In this document: piece by piece, positions 11,341 to 23,785 of the stretch
Layout of the letters: each line of letters opens with the position of its first letter
How positions within the stretch are numbered: position 1 is the first letter of the stretch
Source: Squalus acanthias
Lineage: Eukaryota
Length of the DNA stretch: 64,000 bases
Assembly: GCA_030390025.1 (NCBI GenBank)
Contig: CM059425.1
Coordinates: 165,852,001-165,916,000 of the forward strand
Direction: 5' to 3'
Position numbers and translations under genes: made by a program
The notes under the pieces: model-generated
What the model was told of the DNA's origin: nothing
Database searches by the model: none
Seen by the model: the letters and a program-made list of their open reading frames with translations, nothing else

Positions 11341-13150
11341 GGGGCCGATTTGATCTTTGTTTTCAGGCGGGAGCGGTGCGTTATCGCGATAAAAATGGGA
11401 GTTCAGAACTTACCGTCCTGTCGCTGCTAGCGTGGTGAACGCTCAGTGGTGGCTCTGCTTGGTAGTACTGGGCAAGACAGGTTGGAAAGGGACATTTCTG
11501 GTGATATTTAAAGGGACACTCACGTGCAAGTAGTCAGGATATTGGTATCTATATAGAGAGTTGAAGGGATTTTTATGAGAATGTTTTATGGCTGAAATTG
11601 TGCTTTTTGGTTGGCGACCTGTCTGTGGAGAGCAGATACAACAGCAGTCCCGGCCCATCCAAAGCAGTAATTGAGCAGTTCATAGGGGTAGGGGTCCCAG
11701 CAATGATTCTGCTGCCTGAACCAGTCTGTGGGGTTCCCTACGGTCCAGCCATGAGAGAGTGTTGAGGATAGTGCTGCATCCTGCATAAGTTTGCCCTGCA
11801 AGGAGGAGAGCCCTTGTTGCCAGCAGATGAAGAGGAGGAAGCTGATGAGCCGGAGGATGCAGCAACAGTGGAAGGTCTCCAGCTCAAGCCTGATGCCAGA
11901 GCTGTACGCCAGCAACTCATTAAACATTGATGTTCCTAAACTGCTCCTTCCCCCTGCTCCCACTGCACTCTCCATTTTCTGCTCAGAACATCATCTGAAC
12001 CAGTCCATTTATCCTCCAGTAAGGAACTTCCATCCCACTGATCATCATTCACATGCATGCCACCTGGCTTTGCAGAGTTCCGCAGCTATTACAGAAACAC
12101 TCTGCAGACAACCTGATGAAATTAAGGGGTCTTACACTTTAATTGTGTTAATAAATGTTAAAAGAAATAATAATCACCCAGGTATTAGCCCATAGTACCT
12201 TTTTTATGTCTCTTACTACGAGGTGCTCCCCCCTGTGTCTTCAGCATGGACAATTCAAGGCTGCTGATGCTCTGATGAGGGATCTTGAGCTGCTCATGGT
12301 TGGCAACTTACAAGTCCTTGGACCTTAGAGGACTGTAGACTGTAACATCTCAGCTGCTGCTGGGGAAGCCTGGCCAAGCTGGCTTGCTGGCACCATGCTG
12401 AGCATTGTTTCAGGGGATGGTGGGGGAGCAGGTGTGCTGTGATCGTGACAGAGGACAACATGTACCACCCCCATTGCACCATTGCCGCTACCATAAGGCT
12501 GCGACCCAGCACTCCCACTGATCTGCGGGTGAGCAGACTGTAGGATATTGTGATCCGACTGAAACCATTATCAATGTGTTCCCTAACTTTTCGAAGGCGG
12601 AAGAAGTGGTGGTGCCCAGAGCCCGATTGGCAACAGTTTGAGCTTTAATCAAAGATACTACTGCTGGTGACACAGACTTCTGGACAAAGGGCCCAGCTGC
12701 AGTGTCCATAGAGGTGACTACACTTGGTAGACTGCAGAGTGCTGATGCTTTGCAGCCGAACATCACAAAGCTGGAAGCGGACTCTTTTGCACATTCAGAC
12801 ATGGTATAGCAGCTCTTAGGCAGACTGTCCAATGCCTAGAGCGCTTGGTGTACGTGAAAGATCTTTCGGTTGGACACCAGGTCACTAAAATCTGCCCTCC
12901 AACCAGCCATCTCCTAGTCTCTCCTTTCCATTATTGCCAGCTCCTGCTCATTGGTGCTGAGTGATTGACCCTGTGCAGCCCCCTCTAACTCACTATCTAT
13001 CCCACCCGAGGTGCCAGTTTCTGTGCTGATACTTGGGAAGGATGGAGCGAACAACAATATAACTTTGTGAGGGTGGTCTGCCTACACGTCATGTGCGGCA
13101 GGACCCAAGTCATGGGATGGACCTGGAAAAAGGGGAGATGGACAAAGGTC
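11341..13150. mobile_element. Internally deleted PIF/Harbinger transposon remnant
   Basis: Left end GGGGCCGATTT; plus-strand transposase C-terminus at 11700-11930; convergent minus-strand exon-like segment about 12200-13122. Right TIR not found. Confidence 0.7.
11700..11930 (+). pseudogene. Harbinger (HARBI1-like) DDE transposase C-terminal fragment
   Basis: FCCLNQSVG / HERVLRIV / CCILHKFALQGGEPLLPADEEEE...ARAVRQQLI across frameshifts, compared with the family pattern RFRCL..SGG.L.Y.P......CC.LHN + acidic tract + R..LI. Confidence 0.75.
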
Positions 13151-13348
13151 AGCTAGTAATGGGATGGTGATGCAGTAGCAGATAATAGGCAGTGTAATAC
13201 AACATCAGCTGGTCATGCTGTCTGTATTTTTGATTGCTTGAGGAAAAAGAAAGGGTAAGATTTGAGACTTCCTAATTTCACAGTTTTAAAAAAAAAGTCA
13301 CTACTCATTGTTATTTTTCCACCTTGTTTAATAATCTAAAAAAAAGAA

Positions 13349-13682
13349 AAACTTGCATTCATATAGCGCCTTTCATGACTTCAGGACGTCCCAAAGTGCT
13401 TTACAGCCAATTAAGTGCTTTTGAAGTGTGGTCACCGTTGTAATGTAGGAAACGTGGCAGCCAATTTACAATCCACAGTGATGATCATATAATCTGTTTT
13501 AGTGAAGTTGGTTGAGGGATGGGTATTGTCCGGGACACCAGGGAGAACTTTCCTGCTCTTCTTCAAATTGTGCTGTGGGATCATTGTGCAACAAGGTATG
13601 AGAACTCATCCGGAAGACGGCTCCTCCAACGGTGCAGCACTCCCTCAATGCTGCACTGAAATGTCAGATTATGTGCTCAAGT
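13349..13682 (-). mobile_element. Deu-domain SINE (SacSINE1-like)
   Basis: Plus strand AACTTGCATTCATATAGCGCCTTTC...GCAGCACTCCCTCAATGCTGCACTGAAATGTCAG...GTGCTCAAGT. Confidence 0.8.
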
Positions 13683-13732
13683 AATCACCTAGCCAAATTT
13701 TGGAATTCATCCATGTAATTACAAGTATGTGC

Positions 13733-14030
13733 GGGAGACCAGAACTAGGTGCCATAAATATAAGATGGTCATAATAAATCCAATAGGGAATTCAGGAGAA
13801 ACTTCTTTACCCAGAGAGTGGTGAGAACTCGCTACCATGGGGAGTAGTTGAGGCAACTAGGATAGACGCAGTTAAGGGGAAGCTAGATAAACACATGCGG
13901 GAAAAAGGAATAGAAGGATATGTTAATGGAGTTAGATGAAGTCGGGTGGGAGGCAGCTCATGTGGATCATAAACACCGGCATGGACCTGTTGGGCCGAAT
14001 GTCCTGTTTCTGTGCTGTAAATACTATGTA
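13733..14030 (+). mobile_element. CR1 3' fragment (different subfamily)
   Basis: ETRTRCHKYK...RRNFFTQRVV; tail ATGGACCTGTTGGGCCGAATGTCCTGTTTCTGTGCTGTAA. Confidence 0.8.
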
Positions 14031-15372
14031 AAATAGCCAGACACCCTGTTACACTTGGTCTCCAGCTTTGCCATCTCTGATGCTTCACATGTTGCCCAAT
14101 TATCTTGAAGGTTCCCTCCTCTATCAGGGAGACAAATGGGGTGAAGGAAGCCTCAAAAAAACAAATATGATAGCTGATCTGAAAAATATTTACTGAGACT
14201 GAATTGAGAGATATTCTCCAAAATCTGTTTTCCATTCTTGGCCAACTGCTGACTGGTATACTGACAAAGCTTTATATAGCAAGAGGGACAAGCCCTAATG
14301 CACAAAACTAACGCTCCTGTGAAGCGCCGTGGGACATTTTACTACGTTAAAGGTGTTATATAAATGCAAGTTGTTGTTGTTGCTATAGTGACAGCAGAAA
14401 AATCCAACTGACACTGCTGCAGAAAGCAGCCAGACATGCACAACTAAATACCAATACTAGTCACCAGAAACAGACCCCCCAGATTGTTCATAAATTGCTA
14501 TTTAAGGCTCACACTCTATCATTCTGTATTTCTATTCTATGTTATTGTACAGTGAAGCACGTATACTGCATACTGAGGAACAATTGCATGAAAAGAAACC
14601 TTAGTCTGACAAAATGAAGGCGTGCTAAAGATGCTGGACATTTATCTGCCAAAGTCTTTTGCCGTGTAGATGTTTGTTTTCCTAAGTGCTGCACTGTGTA
14701 GGAACTCATCAGGGCCATAAGAATCATGTGAATACACACTGCTGATTTGTAGATTCCCATGGGGAAGGAGGTACTGGCCATGCTGAATAGATAGTACTTA
14801 GCACCTTACCCTCCCCCTGCAGGATTCCTACTTGCAGTGCTGTGTCAGTATCCATATGGATAGCATTTCCTTTGTGTTCTCGTGCACTCTGTGGAGCCTT
14901 CTCTCCATCAGTCAACACAGTAGCAATTACACAGCAATGTGGACGTTGACCCCAATTGACATCTTGTAGTTCACGTTTTTGGGCAGTTAAATAGTTATGA
15001 GATAAAAATAATGTATTCATTTAGCCTTCCCTTCACCACTGAGTGACAGTGTTTAATATGAGGCCATTGCCCTGTACTTATTTCAGCGTTGATGGCAGTA
15101 CTTGAAATTTTGATTGTAGTTTGGAGCTTTACATAATTTTTAATCTTTCTTTACATAGCACTATAGTTACACCAGTAATAAAATATAAAACAAACTTTTT
15201 TTTACTTAAGAGGCAACATGAGGCATTGGTGCTGCAAGTGTCTGCACAATCCCTATTTCAGAAGAACCACAGAAGGTGGAGGAGCAACTGAGAACAGAGG
15301 CATTTCTTTGTGTGAAATCACAGAAATTCACACAAGGAAGGAGGGGAAATAGGCAAACAAGTCACTTTGAGA

Positions 15373-15977
15373 TAACAACAGAAAACGCTGGAAAAACTCA
15401 GCAGGCCAGGCAGCATCCGTGGAGAGAGAAAGAGAGTTAACGTTTCAGGTCGATGACCTTTCGTCAGAACTGTGAAGAGCCGGAAATCAAATAGATTTAA
15501 GGCCAGAGTAAAGCTGGGAAAAGGGGGAGGGGATAAAGGAACAAAGGGGGAGATGAAGAGACATTAAGAGATATGCAAGGCTAGAGGTGGTGTTAATGTG
15601 ACAGATTAAGGCTGAAAGAAGTGTGAAATCCACTGGCAGAATGAAGGACAGCTGCCAGCTTCTAGGAGGAAAAAAAAGGTGGGGGGGGCAAATAAAAGGA
15701 TGGAAAAAATAAAATATAAATGTGATTGGAGCTGAGGTTATGATCTAAAATTGTTGAACTCGATATTGAGTCCAGAAGGCTGTAGCGTGCCTAAACGAAA
15801 GATGAGGTGCTGTTCCTCGAGCTTACGCTGCGCTTCCGTGGAACAGTGTAATAGGCCGAGGACGGTGAGGTCAGAGTGGGAGTGAAGCGGTGAATTAAAG
15901 TGACAGGCCACCGGGAGCTCGGGGTCCCCCTTACGGACTGAACGGAGGTGTTCCGCAAAGCGGTCACCCAATCTGCG
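15373..15977 (-). mobile_element. Penelope-like element, 5'-truncated (GIY-YIG end + 3' region)
   Basis: Nearly identical to 57760-58380; TTTGAGA duplicated at 15366-15372 and 15978-15984. Confidence 0.92.
15435..15471 (-). ncRNA. Minimal type I hammerhead ribozyme motif
   Basis: AGUU-CUGACGA-A-AGGUC(AUC)GACCU-GAAA-C-GUU-AACU. Confidence 0.7.
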
Positions 15978-16477
15978 TTTGAGACCTGGACACTCCCTCT
16001 TGGGGCAAGAAAATAAAATATCTTAACAATTGGAGACTGTAAACTCTTTCCGAATGTTAAAAACCTGATGTATAAAGAATTATTTTAATAAAATGGCGTG
16101 CTCAGAGGGAGAGCCCAGCTTTTAGGTTACAGTCTGTGGATTGCAGGGCACTTTATTCTAGTGACTACCACCAATAACTGCCTGCATTTCTGTAACACTC
16201 CTTGCACAAAGAAAAGCATCTGGGAACCCTTTAGAGGTGGGAGGAAGGTTGACACCGAGCAGGATAAAAAAGGACGGAAATTAGGCAGGGGGCTGAAAGA
16301 GACTTGAAGTTATTTTTTAGTTTACCAAAACTGAAGCGAAGAGATGACCTGATAGACATTGTCAAGATTATAAGGTGAATTGGGATATATTGTTTTCACG
16401 GGTCAGCAAGATGGTAATGGGAGGACACATTCTATATAATCACAAAAAGGATTATAGGGGCATTTATATGGGAACGG

Positions 16478-16552
16478 TAGCATAGTGGTAATGTCACTGG
16501 GCTAGTAATCCAGAGGCCTGGACTAATGATCCAGAGACGTGAGTTCAAATCC
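16478..16552 (+). promoter_or_regulatory. Pol III type 2 internal promoter (A and B boxes)
   Basis: A box TAGCATAGTGG at 16478-16488; B box GAGTTCAAATCC at 16541-16552. Confidence 0.8.
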
Positions 16553-16798
16553 CACCACGGCAGCTGGGGAGTTTAAATTCAGTTAATTAAATAAATCTGG
16601 AATAAAAAGCTAGTATCAGTAATGGTAACCATGAAACTATCAGATTGTCGTAAAAACCCATCTGGTTCACTAATGTCCTTTAGGGAAGGAAATCTGCCAT
16701 CCTTAGCTGGTCTGGCTTATATGTGACTCCAGACCCACAGCAATGTGGTTGACTCTTAACTGCCCTATGAAATGGCCTAGCAAGCCACTCAGTTGTAA

Positions 16799-19713
16799 CT
16801 AAACACTACGAAACATAATAAGAATGAAACCGGACGGACCACCCGGCATCGACCTCGGCACCGGCTACGGCTACGGACACGGCAACGGCACACCCAGCCC
16901 AGTCGACCCTGCAAAGTCCTCCTCACCAACATCTGGGGACTTGTGGCAAAATTGGGAGAGCTGTCCCACAGACTAGTCAAGCAACAGCCTGACATAGTCA
17001 TACTCAAAGAATCATACCTTTCAGCCAATGTCCCAAACTCCTCCATCACCATCCCTGGGCATGTCCTGTCCCACCGGCAGGACAGACCCACCAGGGGTGG
17101 CGGCACAGTGGTATACAGTCAGGAAGGAGTGGCCCTGGGAGTCCTCAACATTGACTCCGGACCCCATGAAGTCTCATGGCTTCAGGTCAAGCATGGGCAA
17201 GGAAACCTCCTGCTGATTACCACCTACCGCCCTCCCTCAGCTGATGAATCAGTACTCCTCCATGGTGAACACCACTTGGAAGAAGCACTGAGAGTAGCAA
17301 GGGCACAGAATGTACTCTGGGTGGGGGACTTCAATGTCCATCACCAAGAGTGGCTCGGTAGCACCACCACTGGCCGAGTCCTGAAGGACATAGCTGCCAG
17401 TCTGGGCCTGCGACAGGTGGTGAGAGAACCAGCACGAGGGAAAAACCTACTTGACCTCGTCCTCACCAATCTACCTGTCGCAGATGCATCTGTCCATGAC
17501 AGCATTGGCAGCAGTGACCACCGCTACCAATCATTGTGGAGACGAAGCCCCGTCTTCACACTGAGGATACCCTCCATCGTGTTTTGTGGCACTACCACCG
17601 TGCTAAATGGGATAGATTCAAAATAGATCTAGCAGCTCAAAACTGGTCATCCATGAGGCGCTGTGGGCCATCAGCAGCAGCAGAATTGTATTCCACCACT
17701 ATCTGTAACCTCATGGCCCAGCATATCCCTCAATCTACCATTACCACCAAGCCAGGGGACCAACCCTGGTTCAATAAGGAGTGTAGAAGAGCATGCCAGG
17801 AGCAGCACCAGGCGTACCTAAAAATTAGGTGCCAACCTGGGGAAGCTGCAACACAGGACTACATGCATGCTAAAAAGTGAAGCAGCATGCTATAGACAGG
17901 GCTAAGCGATCCCACAATCAACGGATCAGATCACAGCTCTGCAGTACTGCCACATCCAGTCGTGAATGGTGGTGGACCATTAAACAACTATTGGGAGGAG
18001 GAGGCTCCATGAATATTCCCATCCTCAATGATGGTGGAGCCCAGCACGTGATCGCAAAAGACAAGGCTGAAGCGTTTGCAACCATCTTCAGCCAGAAGTG
18101 CCGAATGGATGATCCATATCGGCCTACTCCCGAGATCCCCACCATCACAGAAGCCAGTCTTCAGCCAATTTGATTAATTCCACGTGATATCAAGAAACGG
18201 CTGAGCGCACTGGATACAGCGAAGGCTATGGGCCCCGACAACATCCCGGCTATCGTGCTGAAGACTTGTGCTCCAGAACTAGCCGCGCCTCTAGCCAAGT
18301 TGCTCCAGTACAGCTACAACACTGGCATCTATCTGACAATGTGGAAAACTGCCCAGGTATGTCCTGTCCACAAAAAGCAGGACAAATCCAACCCAGCCAA
18401 TTAACGCCCCATCAGTCTACTCTCAATCATTAGCAAAGTGATGGAAGGTGTCATCGACAGTGCTATCAAGCGGCACTTACTCACCAATAACCTGCTCACT
18501 AATGCCCAGTTTGGGTTCCGCCAAGAGCACTCGGCTCCTGAACTCATTACAGCCTTGGTCCAAACATGGACAAAGGAGCTGAAGTCCAGAGGTGAGGTGA
18601 GAGTGACTGTCCTTGACATCAAGGCAGCATTTGACCGAGTGTGGCATCAAGAAGCCCTAGTAAAACTGAAGTCAATGGTAATCGGGGAAAACGCTCCACT
18701 GGCTGGAGTCATACCTAGCACAAAGGAAGATGGTTGTGGTGATTGAAGGTCAATCATCACAGCCCAAGGACATCACTGCAGGAGTTCCTCAGGGCAGTGT
18801 CCTAGGCCCAACCATCTTCAGCTGCTTCATCAATGATCTTCCCTCCAACATAAGGTCAGAAATGGGGATGTTCGCTGATGACTGCACAGTGTTCAGCGCC
18901 ATTCCCAACTCCTCAGATAATGAAGCATTCCATGCCCGCATGCAACAAGACCTGGATGACGTTCAGGCTTGAGCTGATAAGTGGCAGGTAACATTCACGC
19001 CACAAAAGTGCCAGGCAATGACTATCTCCAACAAGCGAGAGTCTAACCACCTCCCCTTGACATTCAACGGCATTACCATTGCCGAATCCCCCACCATCAA
19101 CATCCTGGGGGTCACCATTGACCAGAAACTTAACTGGACCAGCCACATAAATACTGTGGCAACAAGAGCAGGTCAGAGGCTAGGTATTCTGCGGCGAGTG
19201 TCTCACCTCCTGACTCCCCAAAGCCTTTCCACCATCTACAAGGCACAAGTAAGGAGTGTGATGGAATACTCTCCACTTGCCTGGATGAGTGCAGCTCCAA
19301 TAACACTCAAGAAGCTCGACACCATCCAGGAAAAAGCAACCTGTTTGATTGGCACCCCATCCACCACCTTGAACATTCACTCCCTCCACCACCGGCGTAC
19401 CGTGGCTGCAGTGTGTACCAGCTACAAGATGCACTGCAGCAACTCGCCAAGGCTTCTTCGGCAGCAACTCCCAAACCCACGACCTCTTCCACCTAGAAGG
19501 ACAAGGGCAGCAGGCGCATGGGAACACCACCACCTCCAAGTTCCCCTCCAAGTCACACACCATCCTGACTTAGAAGTATATCGCCGTTCCTTCATCGTCG
19601 CTGGGTCAAAATCCTGGAACTCCCTCCCTAACAGCACTGTGGGAGTACCTTCACCACATGGACTGCAGCGGTTCAAGAAGGCGGCTCACCACCACCTTCT
19701 CAAGGGCAACTAG
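16799..19713 (+). pseudogene. LINE family B APE-RT ORF, disrupted
   Basis: [56 protein letters not shown]. Stops at about 17878, 18170, 18402 and 18970; frameshifts near 17530 and 18690. Confidence 0.9.
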
Positions 19714-20945
19714 GGATGGGCAATAAATACTGGCCTTGCCAGCGATGCCCAGATCCCATAAGCGAATACATTTTTTTTTAATTTAGAAAAAAAATGTGTA
19801 ATTTGTTTTTAGGTTTGAGAGGGAGAGTCTGAAACCAAAGTTTTAAATACAAGTCAGGCAAACTTTGAAGGGATGAGAAATAAATTGACTACAGTAAACT
19901 GGGCTGAACTGTTAATGTGTAAACCTACAGATAAACTGTGGGAAGTATTCAAAGATTATATTTGGTGCGATATAAAACCAATACATTCCCCTAAAAGGCA
20001 ATGGCTCCACTTGGGCAGTTAAACAACCATGGTCAACAAATGAGTTAAGAGACAGTATTAAGCTAAAAGAAAAGGCTTGCACAAATAGAAGAAAAAGTGA
20101 AAATCCAGTGGACTGGGAGAGCTATAAAAAGCACCAAAGAGATACAAATAAAGTAATAAGAGGTACAGAAAGGAATATGAAAAACTTGCAAGGATATTAA
20201 AGCTAACAGCAAACATTTTAATAAATTTATAAATATAAGAGAGAGGGTTCAGTAAAGGGGAATGTGGGCCCATTAAAGACCAATGCAGGTGAGACTATAA
20301 TGGATAATAAGAAAATGGCAGACTTGTTAAATGAGTAATTTATATCCATTTACATAGTGGAGAAAGAGAACAAAATACCAGTGGTACCAGGGAACCTAAA
20401 AGTAAGTCATGAAGAGGAACTTAGTGGATTTAATATAAGTAAATAAATGGTAATGGAGAAAAGAATGGGACTTAAGATAGGCACATCTCCAGGACCTGAT
20501 GGTTTCCACCCCAGGATATTAAAAGAAATAGGTGAAGAAATTGTACATGCACTAGTCATAATTTTCCAAAGCTCTCTAGACTCAGGAATTGTGCCTTTGG
20601 ATTGGGAAATTGCAAACGTCACTCTATTGTTTAAGAAGGGAAGGGAGAGAGAAATCAGGTAACTACAGAGCTGTCAGTTTAACATTAACTGTGAGGAAGT
20701 TACTGGAATCTATCATGAGAGACTGAGTCAATGAGCACTTGGACAGGTATCAGTTGATCAAAGAGAGTCAGCATGGATTTGTGACTAATCTAGTTGATTT
20801 TCTTTAGGGAGGTCACTAGCATGGTTGATAGGGGAGTGTCTATGGATGTTATCTATTTGGACCTCCAGAAAGGATTTGATAAGGATCCGCACAAGATATG
20901 ATTAGCAAAAATGAAAGTGCACAAAATTGGAGGTAATCTTGTGAC

Positions 20946-21106
20946 CAATGTTCCCTCTAATTTTTTTTTGGGTGCACGGCGTCTTTAACAGGCTGCATGG
21001 CCCATTCAAATTTCCGCGCATATGCGTTTTTCCGTTTAAAAGCTTGTGAGCGGCCTGCTGGGACCTCCAGACAGCTGCACGGCCGTGGAGCTCAACAGGA
21101 ACATTG
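20946..21106. mobile_element. hAT-type MITE
   Basis: TIR CAATGTTCC / GGAACATTG; 8-bp TSD CTTGTGAC / GTTGTGAC; interrupts CR1. Confidence 0.85.
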
Positions 21107-21161
21107 GTTGTGACATGGGTTAGTAATTGGTTGGGAGGCAGGAGACAGAATGTAGGGATAA

Positions 21162-21602
21162 GGGCCCCGATATTAATGGGGATCGAGATGGGGGAGGTCT
21201 GGGCCCATGATTGGCTGAAGGCCGAGGCTGGGGAGGCCAAAGGCTACCTTGTGCTCCTTCTGTCCCATAAGGAGCTTAAAAACAGGCAGAGATTTAAAAC
21301 TTACGAGGGCCTTTTCTGTCCAGTCAGTTCCTCCCGCCCTGTTGCTGTTGCCAGGCAACAGATAGCACGGGGCTCCCCCTGTGATGAGGTTAAAAAAAGG
21401 TTGCAATGCCAATGACATCATTGAGCCATGACTTCTGAATCTTATGTAGGCCCCCGCCTGCTTTTAGCAGGAGCCTCGTCCAGGGCCTGAATCACCTCGG
21501 TAAATATTACGACATTGGGAATGCGGCAGGGTTGAGATTGGGTTGCTCGATGCCGATATTTTAAATCTCAGCAAGGGGGGGGGTGGTGTTAGAATCTAGG
21601 TG
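21162..21602. mobile_element. Harbinger-type MITE nested in CR1
   Basis: Starts GGGCCCCGATATTAA and the CR1 RT sequence resumes after about 21602; right TIR degraded. Confidence 0.6.
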
Positions 21603-23209
21603 AAAGGCTTCATTCTTTGATTGGCGGCATGTGACAAGTGGTGTTCCCTAGGGATCTGTGCTGGGGCATCTGCTATTCACCATATATATCAATGGCTTGG
21701 ATGATGGAATCGAGAATTGTATATTCAAGTTTACAGATGACACAAAGTTAGAAGGCACGGTAAGTTGGGTGGATGGGAGTAGGAAGTTACAAAGGGACAC
21801 AGACAAAGTGAGTGGGCAAGACTGTGGCAGATGGAGTTCAATGTGGGGAAGTGTGAGGTCATCCACTTTGGATCCGAGAAAGACAAATCGAATATTTTCT
21901 TAATGATGAGAGATTATGAACTGTGGAGGAGCAAAGGGATTTAGGTGTCAATGTACACAAATCACTAAAAGCTAGTGCACCGGTACAAAAAGTAATCAAA
22001 AAGGCTATGGGATTGTTGTCCTTTATCTCAAGGATATTGGAATTCAAAATTAAGGAAATGGTGTTTCAGTTGTACAGAGCCTGGGTCAGACCCCATCTGG
22101 AGTACTGTGCTCAGTTTTGAGCACCGAACCTCAGAAAAGATATATTGGTCTTAGATGGGGTACAGCACAGATTCACCAGAATTATACCAGGGGTTAAAGA
22201 GTTAAATCATGAGGACAGGTTGCATAAACTTGGCTTGTATTTCCTTGAGTTTAGAAGGTTGACCTAATGAGGTGCTTAAATGATCAACGGAGTCGGTAGG
22301 ATAGATACAGTAAAACTATTTCCTCTGGTGGGGGAATCTAGAACAAGGGGGCGTAATTTTAAAGTTAGAGCTTGGCCATTTAGGAGTGAAATCGGGAATC
22401 ACCTTTTCACAAAAAAAGGTTCTGTCTAACCGCAGTGCCTGAAGTGGCAATGCTCCGAGTCACTGTGAATATTGTGATTCTCTATCAATCTTCTTGTAGG
22501 TCCGTTAAAAGTAACTTTGTAAGTTGGAGACCTGTTCCACTATGTATGCTTGTGCATACTGACATCATAATGCCATTTTTCTGCCTTTTCACTATCAATC
22601 AGAATGGCCTCCTCTGGATAAAAATGATCCCCAGAGGTTCTAAGCAATGTCAACTGCACTCAAAGTCTTAATTATAATAGGCCAAATCTAGGTTTTAAGA
22701 TTTGCTGTACAACAGCTAATATCTCATTCTCTTCAAATCCAATTTAGTAGCTTTCCTGGACTTCAACACCATAATAGGAATTTAGTGTCTGGATCATTCT
22801 GACGGATGAGCAAGACTGTAGGTTGGCTGCAAGCTTCTGACATGTAATGAAAACACAGATGCATGGAACTAGTTCCGTGCACTTAGCTGGCCGATACAGG
22901 AGGACCTAATCTGACATAAGATTGTAAGATCCACTAAACCCTGGGTGTCCGGAGGTTAGGGCTGTTTATTTTTGTGAGTGCTATCAATGATGGGAGAGCC
23001 ACGTCGAAGTCCCATTGTCCATTTTTTGCCAGTGTCATTTATATTTGGAGTAATTGGTGCAGAATTTGTGTAAGTTCAACAATCAGACAAAATAGAACCA
23101 TAAAAGTTTAAAGCACGGAAAAGAAGCCATTTGGCCCACCGGGTCTGTGCCGGCTCTTTGCTATAGCAATCCAGAACTAATTCCACTGCCCTTTATCTTC
23201 ATCTGTTCC

Positions 23210-23640
23210 ATGAGGAAGAGGAGAGGACTCTGGAGGTAGCCATGCAGAGATGGGAAAAGAAGCCATTGCTGGAGATGGTCTGGCTATGATTGGATAGATA
23301 AGAGTGGAACCAAGTGAGGGTAGTCCCATTGGGAGGGATAATGCATCATGGTCACCGTTCTAGAGGATATGACTTTTGTTAGTGCCATTTCAGTGCTGTG
23401 GCAGGGGCAGAAACCTGATTGGAGAGATTCAAACAAAGAGTTGTGGGAAGGATGGGCATGGATTTGGGAAGTGACAACACGTTCAAGAGAGCTAAAGGGA
23501 AGTTGGAGATATGGTAATAGTTTGTAAGGATAGAGGAGTTGCGGTTGGGTTTTTTGAGGAGGGGGTTGATGATGGTGTACTATTCTATGATTGTATGGTG
23601 GTTTTGAAAGTACCGTAGAAGAGGGAACCATTTAAACTAT
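23210..23640 (-). mobile_element. L2 LINE fragment
   Basis: Minus-strand translation NSLFESLQSGFCPCHSTEMALTKV; similar to 53700-53920. Confidence 0.75.
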
Positions 23641-23644
23641 CAAC

Positions 23645-23785
23645 CAACACAAAAGCAAAATATTGTGGATGCTGGAAATCTGAAATAAAAACAGAAAATG
23701 CTGGAAACACTGAACAAGTCAGGCACCTTCTGTGGAGAGAGAAACAGAGTTAACGTTTTAGGTACATTACCTTTCAGTTCTGATT
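23645..23785 (-). mobile_element. Old Penelope-like terminal fragment with degenerate hammerhead
   Basis: AACAGAAAATGCTGGAAACACT...GAGAGAGAAACAGAGTTAACGTTT resembles 15375-15450; the CUGANGA core is lost. Confidence 0.65.

Larger units (their letters stand above)
16470..19770 (+). mobile_element. Apparently full-length single-ORF CR1-group LINE (family B) with tRNA-derived 5' head
   Basis: tRNA-like head 16470-16562, non-coding core to about 16795, APE-RT frame 16799-19713, 3' tail TAGGGATGGGCAATAAATACTGGCCTTGCCAGCGATGCCC. Confidence 0.88.
19800..22415 (+). mobile_element. Older CR1 ORF2 remnant hosting two DNA-transposon insertions
   Basis: SPGPDGFHPRILKE, KFTDDTKL, RPHLEYCAQF; many stops. 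Confidence 0.9.

Noticed and set aside
16470..16562. Functional tRNA gene
   Set aside because: A duplicated segment sits between the A and B boxes, there is no proper cloverleaf, and it continues into retroposon sequence.
16800..16920. HDV-like ribozyme at the LINE B 5' region
   Set aside because: I could not build the nested double pseudoknot by eye; a descriptor search would be needed.
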